This document shows, in pieces, positions 1 to 10,747 of a DNA stretch of 64,000 nucleotides. Within the stretch, counting starts at the first letter, position 1. Every line of letters starts with the position of its first letter. A program made the position numbers and the translations under genes. The DNA is from an uncultured Thermoplasmatales archaeon (GTDB lineage: Archaea; Thermoplasmatota; E2; DHVEG-1), in NCBI GenBank assembly GCA_964518165.1, contig CAZFFN010000086.1, positions 6,408-70,407 on the forward strand, given 5' to 3'. The notes below the pieces were generated by a model. That model did no database searches, had not been told where the DNA came from, and saw only the letters and a list, made by a program, of their open reading frames with translations.

Positions 1-1446
1 AACTCATCTATTGAAACGAAAAACGAGGTCAAAAATTTGTATATGAGTTCAAATATCGAACTACCGGTTTGGAATGTTGGTGATAAATGGACTTATAGAA
101 TTGATGCTGAAGGTAATCAAGGAAATGCTGTTGATTTTGATATCACGATAGATAATTTTATATTAAAAGTAACTGAAGTTTTATCTGATAGTTATAAACT
201 CTATGTAGAAGTTCCAAGAGGAGATTTTAAAGGCGGCGGATCTGTTGATCTAGATATTTTAACTATATCTGGGAACTTAAAAAATACTAGGCTTACAGGT
301 TATATGACAATTAAAAAATCAGATCTTTCTTTTATTGATATGGATATATCAATAGATGGTAAGATCGACAAAGCAATTGATATTCCTTTTAATGTAGATA
401 TGCAAGTTTCTTTTTACAATGAAGATTTTAATCAAACAAATTTTAGTTATCTACATTTTCCATTTAGTGAAGGTGACAGCTGGGTTATACCATCTAGTTA
501 TATGGTTTCAGAATTAGATGTAAATCTTTTAAATGAAGAAGTCGAGGTGTATAATTTTATTGAAGAACACATCTTTACATGCACAGGTTGGCAAAGCATT
601 CAAGATTTTTATTCCATGAAAATTCTTAGAAATAATCAAAATGATGAAGTGATTTATTATTCACCTGCAGCAGGCGGTATTTCAAAAATAGAATATAACT
701 CTATGGATCTAGGATTTGGATACAATTTAGATAGTCTGGAAATGAATTTGAAATCAACTACCTATCAAGCTCCAACAAATCCACCTAATTCTCCAATTAT
801 GCCATCTGGCAAAAACTTAATAGATATTGGAGAAACTGCATCATATACGACAAGTGCAACTGATCCAGATTCAGACCCTGTTAGATATGTTTTTGATTGG
901 GGTGATGGAAAAGAGGATCAGACTGATTTTTATAATTCCGGTGAATCTGTAACACTAGATCACACATGGAATAAAGGTGGAACTTTTGAGTTGAAAGTTA
1001 AAGCAGTTGATATATATGGTTCTGAAAGCAGTTGGTCAAATCCTTTAACTATTGAAGTATTAAATGAAGCACCAGAAAAACCAGCGACTCCAGATGGGCC
1101 AGATGAAGGTAAGATAAAAAAGTCTTATTCTTATAATACAATGAGTAACGACTCAGATGGACACAAAATTCGCTACGGCTGGGATTGGAACGGCGATAAA
1201 AATGTTGACGAATGGACAGATTATAAAAACTCAGGTATGCTAGTTACAACATCTCATAAATATACTGAACAAGGTGATTACCAAATATTTGTAATAGCTG
1301 AAGATGAATATGGTTCTCAGAGTGAATGGTCAGATCCATTAAATATAGTAATGCCAAAAACTAAGTTATTTGATATCGATCTAATTCAAAAAATATTTTC
1401 AAATTTTGATTATTTAGAGGGATTATTTGATTTAATATTTTCATAG
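1..1446 (+). CDS. Secreted PKD-domain protein, 5'-truncated (frame is open from position 1)
   Basis: Two PKD/Ig-like repeats (YVFDWGDG...HTW; YGWDWNGD...HKY); tail MPKTK plus amphipathic segment; no stop codon between 1 and 37. Confidence 0.8.
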   Translation, partial: NSSIETKNEVKNLYMSSNIELPVWNVGDKWTYRIDAEGNQGNAVDFDITIDNFILKVTEVLSDSYKLYVEVPRGDFKGGGSVDLDILTISGNLKNTRLTGYMTIKKSDLSFIDMDISIDGKIDKAIDIPFNVDMQVSFYNEDFNQTNFSYLHFPFSEGDSWVIPSSYMVSELDVNLLNEEVEVYNFIEEHIFTCTGWQSIQDFYSMKILRNNQNDEVIYYSPAAGGISKIEYNSMDLGFGYNLDSLEMNLKSTTYQAPTNPPNSPIMPSGKNLIDIGETASYTTSATDPDSDPVRYVFDWGDGKEDQTDFYNSGESVTLDHTWNKGGTFELKVKAVDIYGSESSWSNPLTIEVLNEAPEKPATPDGPDEGKIKKSYSYNTMSNDSDGHKIRYGWDWNGDKNVDEWTDYKNSGMLVTTSHKYTEQGDYQIFVIAEDEYGSQSEWSDPLNIVMPKTKLFDIDLIQKIFSNFDYLEGLFDLIFS

Positions 1447-1622
1447 AAAATTACAAAAAAACAAATAAATTCAGTTAAACAACCGCATTTGATTATACTT
1501 GTACGATAAAACTTATATAGTTACTATATTAAACAATTATATACAATAATATTGGGGGAAAATATATTATTCAAAAAAAAATCAGTCTAATCTCAGTTTT
1601 TTCTATCGCACTATTAATTTTA

Positions 1623-3896
1623 ATGAGCATTCCTTTAAATGTTTCTAGTATTAATAGTAAAGATGAACAAATAAAAATTTCTAAAATCGATGATGAAATA
1701 CTTTTTTCTGATTTTTCAATTAAAAAAGAAAACAGTTTTTCTGTTTTAGAGTCAATAGAAGAAAAAGATATAACTTATTTAAATAACCCTCAAGAACCAA
1801 CTCTTCCAGTTCATATAAAAACTTATACTTTTCCTATTGGAACTAAAATAAAGGATGTTTCTTTAGATATATCAAGTATAACAGAAGAAAAAATCAGTTA
1901 TGAGATTAAACCAGCGAGTATACCTAAACCATTGAAACCCATGTATTACACTAGTTCAGATAATGAAATTACCAAAAAAAATAGTATATATAAAAGCTCA
2001 GAGTTATTTCCCGATAATTGGTTTGATTATGATATATCTGTTGGTAGAGACGGTGGGAAAAGAGTAATTTTTCTAAATGTTAATTCTTACCCTGTAAGGT
2101 ACAGTCCAAAACTTAATACTATTTATAGAATTTCAAATGCAAATATAGGTATTACTTATGAAGAAAATCAATTACAAAGTAAGCAAGATGAAATTTTTGA
2201 TCTCGTTATAATTTCACCAAATAAATTCAAGCTTCCTCTCAATAAATTAAAAGAACACAAAGAATCATATGGTATAAAAACAAAAATTAAAACAACAAAT
2301 GAAATTTATGAAGAATTCGACGGCAGAGATCAGGCTGAGCAGATTAAACACTTTATAAAATATGCATTAGATGAGTGGAATATCACTTATGTTTTACTAG
2401 TGGGCGGCAGAGATCATCAAAAAGCAGGATGGAATCTTCCAACTAGATATTCTAATACAGATGATGGAAACTCTTGGAAGGATAAATACGTTACAGATTT
2501 ATATTTTGCAGATGTTTATAGGTACAATGAAACGTCTGAAAGATTAGAGTTTGATGACTGGGATTCAAATGGAAATGATATTTTTGCCGAGTGGACTATA
2601 GATAATAGAGATCATTTAGATCTTTTTCCTGATGTATATGTCGGAAGGCTTGCTTGCAGAAATCTTTTTGAGGTTTATAGTGTAGTAAATAAAATCATTC
2701 TTTATGAAAATTCAGCATATGGTTCTGATTGGTTTAAAAAAGCTACTATGGTTGGTGGAGATACATTTCCACCGGAATATTCTAGAAAAGTACTATGGGA
2801 TACTAGTAAACACCCTGATGGTGAATATATCATCAGTGTACAATCTTTTACGGAAGGAAAATCTTCAGAAATAAAATCAGTCAAAGTATTTGTTAAAAAT
2901 AATTTTTTAAATAAAGAAGATGATTCATTAGAAGTCGATCTTAAAAATAATATTGTTAAAAATATAGAAAGTGATACCTCATCTGAAATTTATTTAGAAA
3001 TAATAAAACCAAAAGATTCCCAGATCTTGAGTAATATTGCAAATATAACTTATATTACAAATGATAGAGTGCCTCCTAGAGAAAATATTCTTGTTAATAT
3101 AACGATTAAAAATTCTGAAGGCAAAATCGTATTTGAAGAAAATCGAGATATATGGGATTATTATTTTGAAGGAGAAATCACTTGTGATCTAGCGGCATCT
3201 TATCTAGAACCAATTGGTTTTGATATTGAAAAGATATATGCATCAAATGAAAAATTAAAAGATGTATCTGATGTTAATAGTGAAATAGAAAAAGGTTCTG
3301 GTTTTATATTTTTTACTGGGCACAGTACTCCTTTAGAGTGGTGTACTCATCCAGTTTTTTCTAAAAATCAATGGATTGATCTATATTACTATCAAATGCA
3401 GTTTTTAAATAACAAAGAAAAACTACCTATTTGTATTGTAGATGGATGTCATCCTTCTCAGTTTGATGTAAGTATGTCAAATATTATAGAGGGAATTAGG
3501 GAATACGGCCTTGATTATTTTAAATGGATAAAAGAAATTGACAATTTTTTGAAATGGGCATGGGCCCCTAACTCTTGGGGTTGGAATTTAGTTAAACAAA
3601 GAAACGGCGGTTTTATTGCATCAATTGGTAACACTGGTCTTGGTTATGGTACAGATGGAATCAGCTGTGTTGAAAGTCTTGGTGCATATTTATCGACTCA
3701 ATTTTTCAATATTTATAGAGAACAATCTTACTTGGGAAACAAAAATCTTGGTGATATTCATGCTAAAACATTAAACAAATATATAGTTACTCAAGGTGTA
3801 GATAGTGATTCTACAGATAGAAAAATTGTGGAGGAATGGGTTTTACTTGGTGATCCGAGTCTTATGATTGGAGGATACGATCAATCTATGGTTTAA
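1623..3896 (+). CDS. Peptidase C25 (gingipain-like) with propeptide and internal Ig-like insert; true start probably upstream near 1566
   Basis: YVLLVGG, SDLYFAD-like, VGRLACRN, putative catalytic GHS and DGC, terminal LLGDPSL. Confidence 0.9.
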   Translation: MSIPLNVSSINSKDEQIKISKIDDEILFSDFSIKKENSFSVLESIEEKDITYLNNPQEPTLPVHIKTYTFPIGTKIKDVSLDISSITEEKISYEIKPASIPKPLKPMYYTSSDNEITKKNSIYKSSELFPDNWFDYDISVGRDGGKRVIFLNVNSYPVRYSPKLNTIYRISNANIGITYEENQLQSKQDEIFDLVIISPNKFKLPLNKLKEHKESYGIKTKIKTTNEIYEEFDGRDQAEQIKHFIKYALDEWNITYVLLVGGRDHQKAGWNLPTRYSNTDDGNSWKDKYVTDLYFADVYRYNETSERLEFDDWDSNGNDIFAEWTIDNRDHLDLFPDVYVGRLACRNLFEVYSVVNKIILYENSAYGSDWFKKATMVGGDTFPPEYSRKVLWDTSKHPDGEYIISVQSFTEGKSSEIKSVKVFVKNNFLNKEDDSLEVDLKNNIVKNIESDTSSEIYLEIIKPKDSQILSNIANITYITNDRVPPRENILVNITIKNSEGKIVFEENRDIWDYYFEGEITCDLAASYLEPIGFDIEKIYASNEKLKDVSDVNSEIEKGSGFIFFTGHSTPLEWCTHPVFSKNQWIDLYYYQMQFLNNKEKLPICIVDGCHPSQFDVSMSNIIEGIREYGLDYFKWIKEIDNFLKWAWAPNSWGWNLVKQRNGGFIASIGNTGLGYGTDGISCVESLGAYLSTQFFNIYREQSYLGNKNLGDIHAKTLNKYIVTQGVDSDSTDRKIVEEWVLLGDPSLMIGGYDQSMV

Positions 3897-3970
3897 TTAT
3901 TTATAATAAATTATATATATTAAGTAACATATATTTATATAAAAACAAGAATAAAAAAAAGAGATATGAT

Positions 3971-5959
3971 ATGAAAATTAAAATCTTATCAATAATAATT
4001 GTAGGTTTATTTTTATTTACAACTCTTAATGTAGTCGCAAATGATTATGAAAAAAATAATTCAGTAAAAGTTCTTTTAAAAAACGAACTTGTTAGTTTTT
4101 CAGATGTACAAATAAACTTAGAAGAAGATTTTTCTGAGATATCTGTAGCTGAAGCTAATAATATAATTTCAAGTCCTGGAAAACCAGAGCTTCCCGTGTA
4201 TGTTAAAACCTATACTTTTCCAAGGGGTACTAAGATTAAGGACATATCATGTTTTTCTAGTGATACATCTGAAATTAAAATCGATAAAAAAGTAAAACCC
4301 GCATCAAACCCGACACCCAGAACAAATCTGAAGTTAAATAACAAAATTGAAACCTATGATAGTAAAATATATTCTAGTAAAGAGCTATATCCAAAAAATA
4401 TTTTTGATTATAAGATTTCATATGGCCTTAAAAATAACAAAAATGTAATTATTTTAAATATATATTTTTATCCTGTTAGATACAATCCTGCTGAAGACAC
4501 ATTGCATCAAACAAAAAATTTTGATGTTCAAGTATCCTATCAAAAAAGCATAAGATCAAAAGATTCTAATGATGAATATGATATGGTAATAATCTGTCCA
4601 CCTGTTTTTAAAAGAGAGGTAGATAGATTAGCCGATCATAAAAATAGTTATGGCGTTAAAACCCTTGTTAAAACTACAACTTCTATATATATTGATTCAA
4701 TTCTTGGAAAATATGATGAACGAGGTAGAGATAAACCTGAGCAGATAAAATATTTTATTAAGTATGCTAAAGAAAATTTTGGTGTAGATTATGTCCTTTT
4801 ATTTGGTGGAAGAGTAGGCCAGATGTTAAGATGGTATGTGCCTGTTAGATACACAAATCTTGATGACGGATGGGAGAAGGGTCACTTGAGTGATCTTTAC
4901 TATTCAGATTTATATAAATATGATGAAACAACTGATTCAGTTGTATTTGAAGACTGGGATTCAAATAAAAATGGTATTTTTGCAGAGTTAAAACCTTATA
5001 GTGAAGAAGAAACAGATAATTTAGATTTATATCCAGATATCAACGTTGGAAGGCTGGCCTGTAGAAATTTAAAAGAAGCTGAAATTGTTGTAGATAAAAT
5101 AATTAATTACGAAAAAAATGCGTTTGGAAGTAACTTTTTTAAAAATTATTTAGCTGTAGGTGGAGATACAACTCCTCCAGTAAGAGGAGGTAAAGATGGT
5201 TATAATGAAGGAGACATTGAAACAAGGCTTTCAGGAAGTTATCTAAAACCTCTTGGCTTTAATATAACTGAACTTTATATGTCAACAGGTAATTTTACAA
5301 ATACAGATGATTTGATAGATGCAATAAATGAAGGGCACGGTATGATGCATCTATCGGGTCATGGAAATCCAATGACCTGGACAAATTTTCCACCTGATTC
5401 AAACGATGAAAATGATACATTTAACTATAGTTTTATGAACTTTGATATGAAAAAACTTACAAATTCTGAAAAACTACCAGTATGTGTAATTGGTGCATGT
5501 CACAGCAGTCAATTTGATGTAACTGTTATGAATATTTTTAAAGGAATAATTGAGGAAGGTTTTAAGGATTATTTCTTTGGTGATGTAAGTTCTACATCTG
5601 GTGGATTTAAAAAAGGTGAATGGGTGCGCCGTTGCTGGAGCTGGAACATGGTAGTTCAAGAAAATGGTGGATCTATTGCTACAATTGGAAACACGGGTCT
5701 TGGGTATGGAGATAGTGAACTAAACTGTACAGAACGATGGGACGGGTATATTGCTAGTAGATTTTTCTATAACTATAACAATCTAAGTTTAATAGGTGTA
5801 CATAATCTAGGCAATGTTCATAGTAAAACAATCTCAGATTATATGACAAATATATATGTTCCAAATGAAAATGATTCTGGATCCTGGATTGACATAAAAA
5901 CAGTAGAAGGATGGGCGCTACTAGGCGATCCAAGCCTTAGAATTGGCGGATATCCATAA
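3971..5959 (+). CDS. Peptidase C25 (gingipain-like), secreted
   Basis: Signal peptide MKIKILSIIIVGL; VGRLACRN; His-Cys dyad SGHG and GAC; LLGDPSLRIGG. Confidence 0.92.
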   Translation: MKIKILSIIIVGLFLFTTLNVVANDYEKNNSVKVLLKNELVSFSDVQINLEEDFSEISVAEANNIISSPGKPELPVYVKTYTFPRGTKIKDISCFSSDTSEIKIDKKVKPASNPTPRTNLKLNNKIETYDSKIYSSKELYPKNIFDYKISYGLKNNKNVIILNIYFYPVRYNPAEDTLHQTKNFDVQVSYQKSIRSKDSNDEYDMVIICPPVFKREVDRLADHKNSYGVKTLVKTTTSIYIDSILGKYDERGRDKPEQIKYFIKYAKENFGVDYVLLFGGRVGQMLRWYVPVRYTNLDDGWEKGHLSDLYYSDLYKYDETTDSVVFEDWDSNKNGIFAELKPYSEEETDNLDLYPDINVGRLACRNLKEAEIVVDKIINYEKNAFGSNFFKNYLAVGGDTTPPVRGGKDGYNEGDIETRLSGSYLKPLGFNITELYMSTGNFTNTDDLIDAINEGHGMMHLSGHGNPMTWTNFPPDSNDENDTFNYSFMNFDMKKLTNSEKLPVCVIGACHSSQFDVTVMNIFKGIIEEGFKDYFFGDVSSTSGGFKKGEWVRRCWSWNMVVQENGGSIATIGNTGLGYGDSELNCTERWDGYIASRFFYNYNNLSLIGVHNLGNVHSKTISDYMTNIYVPNENDSGSWIDIKTVEGWALLGDPSLRIGGYP

Positions 5960-5962
5960 AAC

Positions 5963-7753
5963 TTATTTTTTTCTTTTCCTATTTAATATAGCTGTTAATG
6001 AAATTAATGATACAATAAAAAATGTTACTTCGAAGCCAGGTATAACAATCTTATCATCATCTTTAGTATTGTTATTGTCTTCATTTTCATTGTCTCCATT
6101 GTTTATATTTTCTTCATTTGAACTACTTAAAATATTTGCTATTGTATTGGTCTGTGAACTTAATTCATTATTATCAGTAACAGTTAGAACCACTGTATAT
6201 TCACCTGGATTTTGATAAGAGTGAGTTACAGTTTTTCCAGAACCGTTAGCTCCGTCACCAAAATTCCAGCTGTAAGATGTTATTGTACCATCATCAACGC
6301 TATTAGATGCATCAAAAGTAATAGTTTGATTTACATATGAGTTATACGGTCCATTTGTAACTGCGGTAGGTGCATTATTGTCCATAGAATCATTCTGAGT
6401 TATCTCAACTGTTACTTGGTCGGGATTAGACCATTCATCTCTATTATCTTTTACTTTAAAGTATATGCTATGTGTTCCTACTGATAGATTCGAGCAGTAA
6501 AAATATTTTTCATAGCTTAAAAGTTCATTGTTATCTTCCCATTTATATCCCGTAATTTCACCATCTGGATCTGTTCCACTTCCTAAAAAAGTTATAGTTT
6601 CACCATATGTCTTTGTTATAGTCGGACTATCAGGTAGGCCAATAGTTGCAACTGGTTTTTGGTTTTCTTCTTCCTCGTCTTCTTCGGGTTGAATTGTAAA
6701 GGACTGAGTTTCTGTCCATGAACTCCACTCGTCGTCGTTATCTTTTACTCTAAGTGAAACAGTGTGAGTTCCAACAGATAGGCCTGTTATATCAACATTT
6801 TCTCCATATCTAAGGTCACTTCCATCTATCTTCCATTCAAATCTGATGATATAACCATCATCTGAGCCGTCTCCTGTCAAATGAATAGTGTCTCCTTCTT
6901 CTGGTGAACTAGGTAATATAGATACTATGTGGGCTGTGGGTTCGGCATTTACAAAATATCCTGTTGGATAATGATCTACTCCGCCACCTGGTACATTATA
7001 TTGACTTTCACCTATTCCGTCACCATTGCTATCTGTTTCTCCGTAATCACTCCAATTGTTTCCTTCAGAACCATCATCCCAGTTGTTATTTCCTCCTTCA
7101 AAAGCATTTTGATCATTATAAAAAAAATCGTTATGGTGAATATTATTATTGTTACAATACTGGTCTTCGATATAGAGCCCATAAACATCATTATTTTTAA
7201 TTTCATTATTAATAATGTTGTTATTATTTGAATCATACGAACCTGAGCCATCAATAATAATTCCTGAATCATGACATTCTTGGATTATACAACCGTCAAT
7301 TGAATTTTCGTTTGAGTTTTTGATGTAAATACCTGTGCTAAATTTTGAAATAGTACATTGACTGATTGAACATTGATCTGAATAGTAGAAATATATTCCG
7401 CTATTTTGTAAAATTTCATTTTGAGTTATTTTCAATTTACTTATATCTACATTATCTGAAGAAATCTTTATAACATCTTGATTTGAATCTTCTGGATAAA
7501 TCTCTGTATTACTACTACCATCTCCATAAATTGTTAAAGTTTTATTTATCAAAATATTTTCATAATATGTACCACTGTGAATATGGATTGTGTTATTTGT
7601 TTCATCAGCATTATCAATTGCAGCTTGAATTGTCGAATAATCTTCAGGTACATTTATTGTTGCACCTTTAGCATTAATGCTTGATAAAACTATTATTGAA
7701 AGTATAAAGATGAACAGTCCTGTAATTAAGGAAATTGTAATTTCTCTTCTCAT
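5963..7753 (-). CDS. Cell-surface protein: NosD-like beta-helix plus PKD repeats, with PGF-CTERM anchor
   Basis: INVPEDYSTIQAAID, GNNWSDY, WNFGDG; C-terminal IPGFE, TM helix, RKRKK. Confidence 0.88.
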   Translation of the reverse strand: MRREITISLITGLFIFILSIIVLSSINAKGATINVPEDYSTIQAAIDNADETNNTIHIHSGTYYENILINKTLTIYGDGSSNTEIYPEDSNQDVIKISSDNVDISKLKITQNEILQNSGIYFYYSDQCSISQCTISKFSTGIYIKNSNENSIDGCIIQECHDSGIIIDGSGSYDSNNNNIINNEIKNNDVYGLYIEDQYCNNNNIHHNDFFYNDQNAFEGGNNNWDDGSEGNNWSDYGETDSNGDGIGESQYNVPGGGVDHYPTGYFVNAEPTAHIVSILPSSPEEGDTIHLTGDGSDDGYIIRFEWKIDGSDLRYGENVDITGLSVGTHTVSLRVKDNDDEWSSWTETQSFTIQPEEDEEEENQKPVATIGLPDSPTITKTYGETITFLGSGTDPDGEITGYKWEDNNELLSYEKYFYCSNLSVGTHSIYFKVKDNRDEWSNPDQVTVEITQNDSMDNNAPTAVTNGPYNSYVNQTITFDASNSVDDGTITSYSWNFGDGANGSGKTVTHSYQNPGEYTVVLTVTDNNELSSQTNTIANILSSSNEENINNGDNENEDNNNTKDDDKIVIPGFEVTFFIVSLISLTAILNRKRKK

Positions 7754-7841
7754 ATCTCTCCATCCAACCCTAATAATAGATATTACTTTTATTACTATTT
7801 ATATTTGCCCTGTAAGAATTACAAAAAATAAAAAAATCAGA

Positions 7842-7914
7842 CGCCCCGGTCGGGATTTGAACCCGAGTCGTAGCCTCGACAGGGCTACATGATAGGCCGC
7901 TACACTACCAGGGC
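7842..7914 (-). tRNA. tRNA-Asp(GTC)
   Basis: Reverse complement GCCCTGG...TAGCC-CTGTCGA-GGCTA...GGTTCAAATCC...CCGGGGCG folds as a cloverleaf; CCA not encoded. Confidence 0.97.
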
Positions 7915-8110
7915 AATAATATATGCTTTTTAAGATGGGTAAATTAAAAACCCTCTTTTAATCTTTTCCATAGGAAATCCTATTTTTTTGTTATATTATT
8001 AATAAATAAGTCATATTGTAATAATTGCACCAATAATTTATATAAAAGGGAGAACTAATATATCTATGGTGGATAGGAGAAAATGATTTTTTCCTAAAAA
8101 GAGGAGGGTT

Positions 8111-8818
8111 TTGAAAAAAATGGTAAAAAAATTTGATAGAAATATTTTTATTATGATGATTTCAATTATGGTTGGAGTAGTAATTATTACTTTTTTTATC
8201 GCTGATATTATGGCAAGATCTAGTGAAGAGGAAAAACTAACACAGCAGTTTACAGAAGAAAAAAAAGTGATTGAAGAAAAAAACCTTAATTTTACCAGTG
8301 CTTTTCTTGATTCACTTAGTTCTCTTGATTTATCACGTGAGTTTAAATCAGATGGTGATATTAAATATGCTATTGCAAAATCTTTTTATACAAATGCTTT
8401 GACACTTACAAATTCATCAAAATTAGATGAATATAAGAATGAAATTATTGATAATTGTGAATTGGCTAAGCTCTATTTTCATGACTCCTCCCAAAATTTC
8501 AACAAATCTATTGAACGATTTACACTTTCAAAAAATTTTACAAACTATCCTATTTACAACAATTTAGTTAATTTATATATAAATCTATCAAAATCTGGTC
8601 ATAATGTAAGTCTAATAAAATATGATGCTTGTAATTATTTGATAGAAATTGCAAATAACTTGAATATTGTTAATGGCTCGATAAATAAATCAATGGATCT
8701 TGAAAACTTAATGGATTTACTAAATTCTACAGAGTATTTAATGTATTTAGAAGAAGGCCTATATGATGGTTATAGATCTGAAATTAGTGATTATGAACTT
8801 ATGGAAAAAATAAGATAA
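8111..8818 (+). CDS. Hypothetical protein, N-terminal TM anchor plus helical domain
   Basis: GAGGAGG RBS before TTG; hydrophobic residues about 12-33; 235 aa. Confidence 0.7.
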   Translation: MKKMVKKFDRNIFIMMISIMVGVVIITFFIADIMARSSEEEKLTQQFTEEKKVIEEKNLNFTSAFLDSLSSLDLSREFKSDGDIKYAIAKSFYTNALTLTNSSKLDEYKNEIIDNCELAKLYFHDSSQNFNKSIERFTLSKNFTNYPIYNNLVNLYINLSKSGHNVSLIKYDACNYLIEIANNLNIVNGSINKSMDLENLMDLLNSTEYLMYLEEGLYDGYRSEISDYELMEKIR

Positions 8819-8832
8819 AATAAACATTTTAT

Positions 8833-10743
8833 TTAATTTATCAATCCTATTTTGTGTTCATCCCAGAAAAACATTGGACAAATGACTGGTTCTTTTGTAC
8901 TGTATATTTCTATATGATCAAAATCTGAGAAAGCTGCATTTAATTTACTGTCTGTTGTATTTGCAATTTCTTGGTCATTTGCATTTTTTAGTATATAGTT
9001 GATATAATTTGATCCTTCTTTTTTGATTCTTAGTTTATACCATCCATTGTAGAGATAGAGAGAATCTAAGACTTCGGTCCATTCTGTATTTACATCCCAG
9101 TAATATGGTTTTAATATGTAATCTGTTGATGTTTCTGTTCCTTCTTGTAAATAATCGAGTTTTATTCTAGCAATATTTTCTTCATTGCTGTTCTTGAAAT
9201 CAAGAATTAGATCTGATGCTTCACTAGTGTTTCCACAGGCAAGCATTACTTCCCAATATTCTATATCGCTTTCAATATTATCTAAATCATAGTACCAGTA
9301 CATCTTACCGCTTGATGCTCTAAGTTTAGTTTTAAAAGCATTATTTGTTTGATATTTGTATCCTGATACAACTGAAAATGTGCTTTCAACTGCACTTTCA
9401 GGGCCTGTTTCAAACCAGGTTTTAGTTAAATATGATTCAGTAGCAATGCCACCTGCACTATCATCAGAGAAATCCTCGATTACTTCATATGGTGCTACAA
9501 AGTTTATTGCTGTGATATTAGCATAGTCTGTGTAACTCCACGAATCAAGTGTTCCGTCGTTATTTTGATCCCAGTGAATGCTTCCTTGGTTTGGAATTAA
9601 TGTACCATTTATTGTTGAGTCTTTTATTGTTGCTTGATATTTTATTTCTATATAGTCTTTTGATGGAATTGTTCCTGTCCAGGTGATTTTATGTTCAGCT
9701 TCTAAATATTCAACACTTCCGTATTCTGCTGTAAGAGTTCCATCTACTAGCTCAAGGTTTTCATCTAAAAGATCTTCAAATTCATTATTGTTAAGAGAGA
9801 TATCTCCACCATTTAGAATTTGGACGATATATTTTACAGTCTCTCCAGAGTCAGCGTATTGTATTTCTTCTTCAGCCATATTACGAACATATTTTCTTGC
9901 CTCAAGACTTGTTTCAGCATATTCTTCAAATCTAAAATTATCTAGATATGCTGCACTGTCATATCTGTTATCGTTTTCATCAGCGATAGTTATTGTTACT
10001 GTTATCTCTTCAGGTCCAAGTACAGGATGCTCATTTTCAACTCTCCAAAGAATTGTTGCCCCTGCATCACTATCAGATGGATCTCCCAGCTCTGTTGTTA
10101 CATCATTTCTTCCTTGGTTTGGATCGCCGTTTACAGCAAATATATCAAAACCAGTTCCAATAATATCGTTAGCTTCATCTCTAAAAAGATTACTATCCAC
10201 ATCAATGAAGTAGACAGATTCTTGGTCTTGTGAAGGTGCATCTACCTTTATTTCAATTCTATCGTTATATCCTTCGCCGACCCAGTCAGGATATTCTGAG
10301 CTGAAAAATCGTATGTCATATTTTAGATATTGAGCAAGAGGTGGAACATCTAAGGTCATTGTGAGTTCTGCTTTATCTTGAGGTGAATATTCTTCTCCTC
10401 CCATAAACCATGTGCCTCTCTCGCACCCGGGATCTTCCTGGTTTGTTGTAACTGGATATGCTCCAGCAATGCCTGTACTTATTATCATAAAATCAGATCC
10501 ATAAGTAGGTCCCATATCACCAAAGGATGAAAAAACACCGGACATTCTAGTATTAGTACTACTATAAGATGTATCTGTATCAATATAGCTAGTATCAACT
10601 ATCAATGAGTTATCATTTACTATTGCTTCAGCTAGATCCCTTCCATCATATGAACCTGCAGAGCTATTTTCAGATAATATTATGATACATGTTGATATTA
10701 AAAACACCAGCATTATATACATACCAATTTTTTTTATTTTCAT
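8833..10743 (-). CDS. Secreted choice-of-anchor-L / DUF11-like surface protein
   Basis: Signal peptide MKIKKIG; IISTG, FFSSEYPDWVG..YND and YDSAAYLD motifs; DUF11-like SGETVKYIVQILN. Confidence 0.75.
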   Translation of the reverse strand: MKIKKIGMYIMLVFLISTCIIILSENSSAGSYDGRDLAEAIVNDNSLIVDTSYIDTDTSYSSTNTRMSGVFSSFGDMGPTYGSDFMIISTGIAGAYPVTTNQEDPGCERGTWFMGGEEYSPQDKAELTMTLDVPPLAQYLKYDIRFFSSEYPDWVGEGYNDRIEIKVDAPSQDQESVYFIDVDSNLFRDEANDIIGTGFDIFAVNGDPNQGRNDVTTELGDPSDSDAGATILWRVENEHPVLGPEEITVTITIADENDNRYDSAAYLDNFRFEEYAETSLEARKYVRNMAEEEIQYADSGETVKYIVQILNGGDISLNNNEFEDLLDENLELVDGTLTAEYGSVEYLEAEHKITWTGTIPSKDYIEIKYQATIKDSTINGTLIPNQGSIHWDQNNDGTLDSWSYTDYANITAINFVAPYEVIEDFSDDSAGGIATESYLTKTWFETGPESAVESTFSVVSGYKYQTNNAFKTKLRASSGKMYWYYDLDNIESDIEYWEVMLACGNTSEASDLILDFKNSNEENIARIKLDYLQEGTETSTDYILKPYYWDVNTEWTEVLDSLYLYNGWYKLRIKKEGSNYINYILKNANDQEIANTTDSKLNAAFSDFDHIEIYSTKEPVICPMFFWDEHKIGLIN

Positions 10744-10747
10744 ATTT

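Noticed and set aside
2775-3167. Intein as the explanation for the C25 insert
   Set aside because: No N-terminal Cys/Ser block or terminal His-Asn followed by C/S/T; it looks Ig-like.
7842-7914. att duplications for tRNA-Asp and tRNA-Gly
   Set aside because: I found no second copy of their 3' ends by eye.
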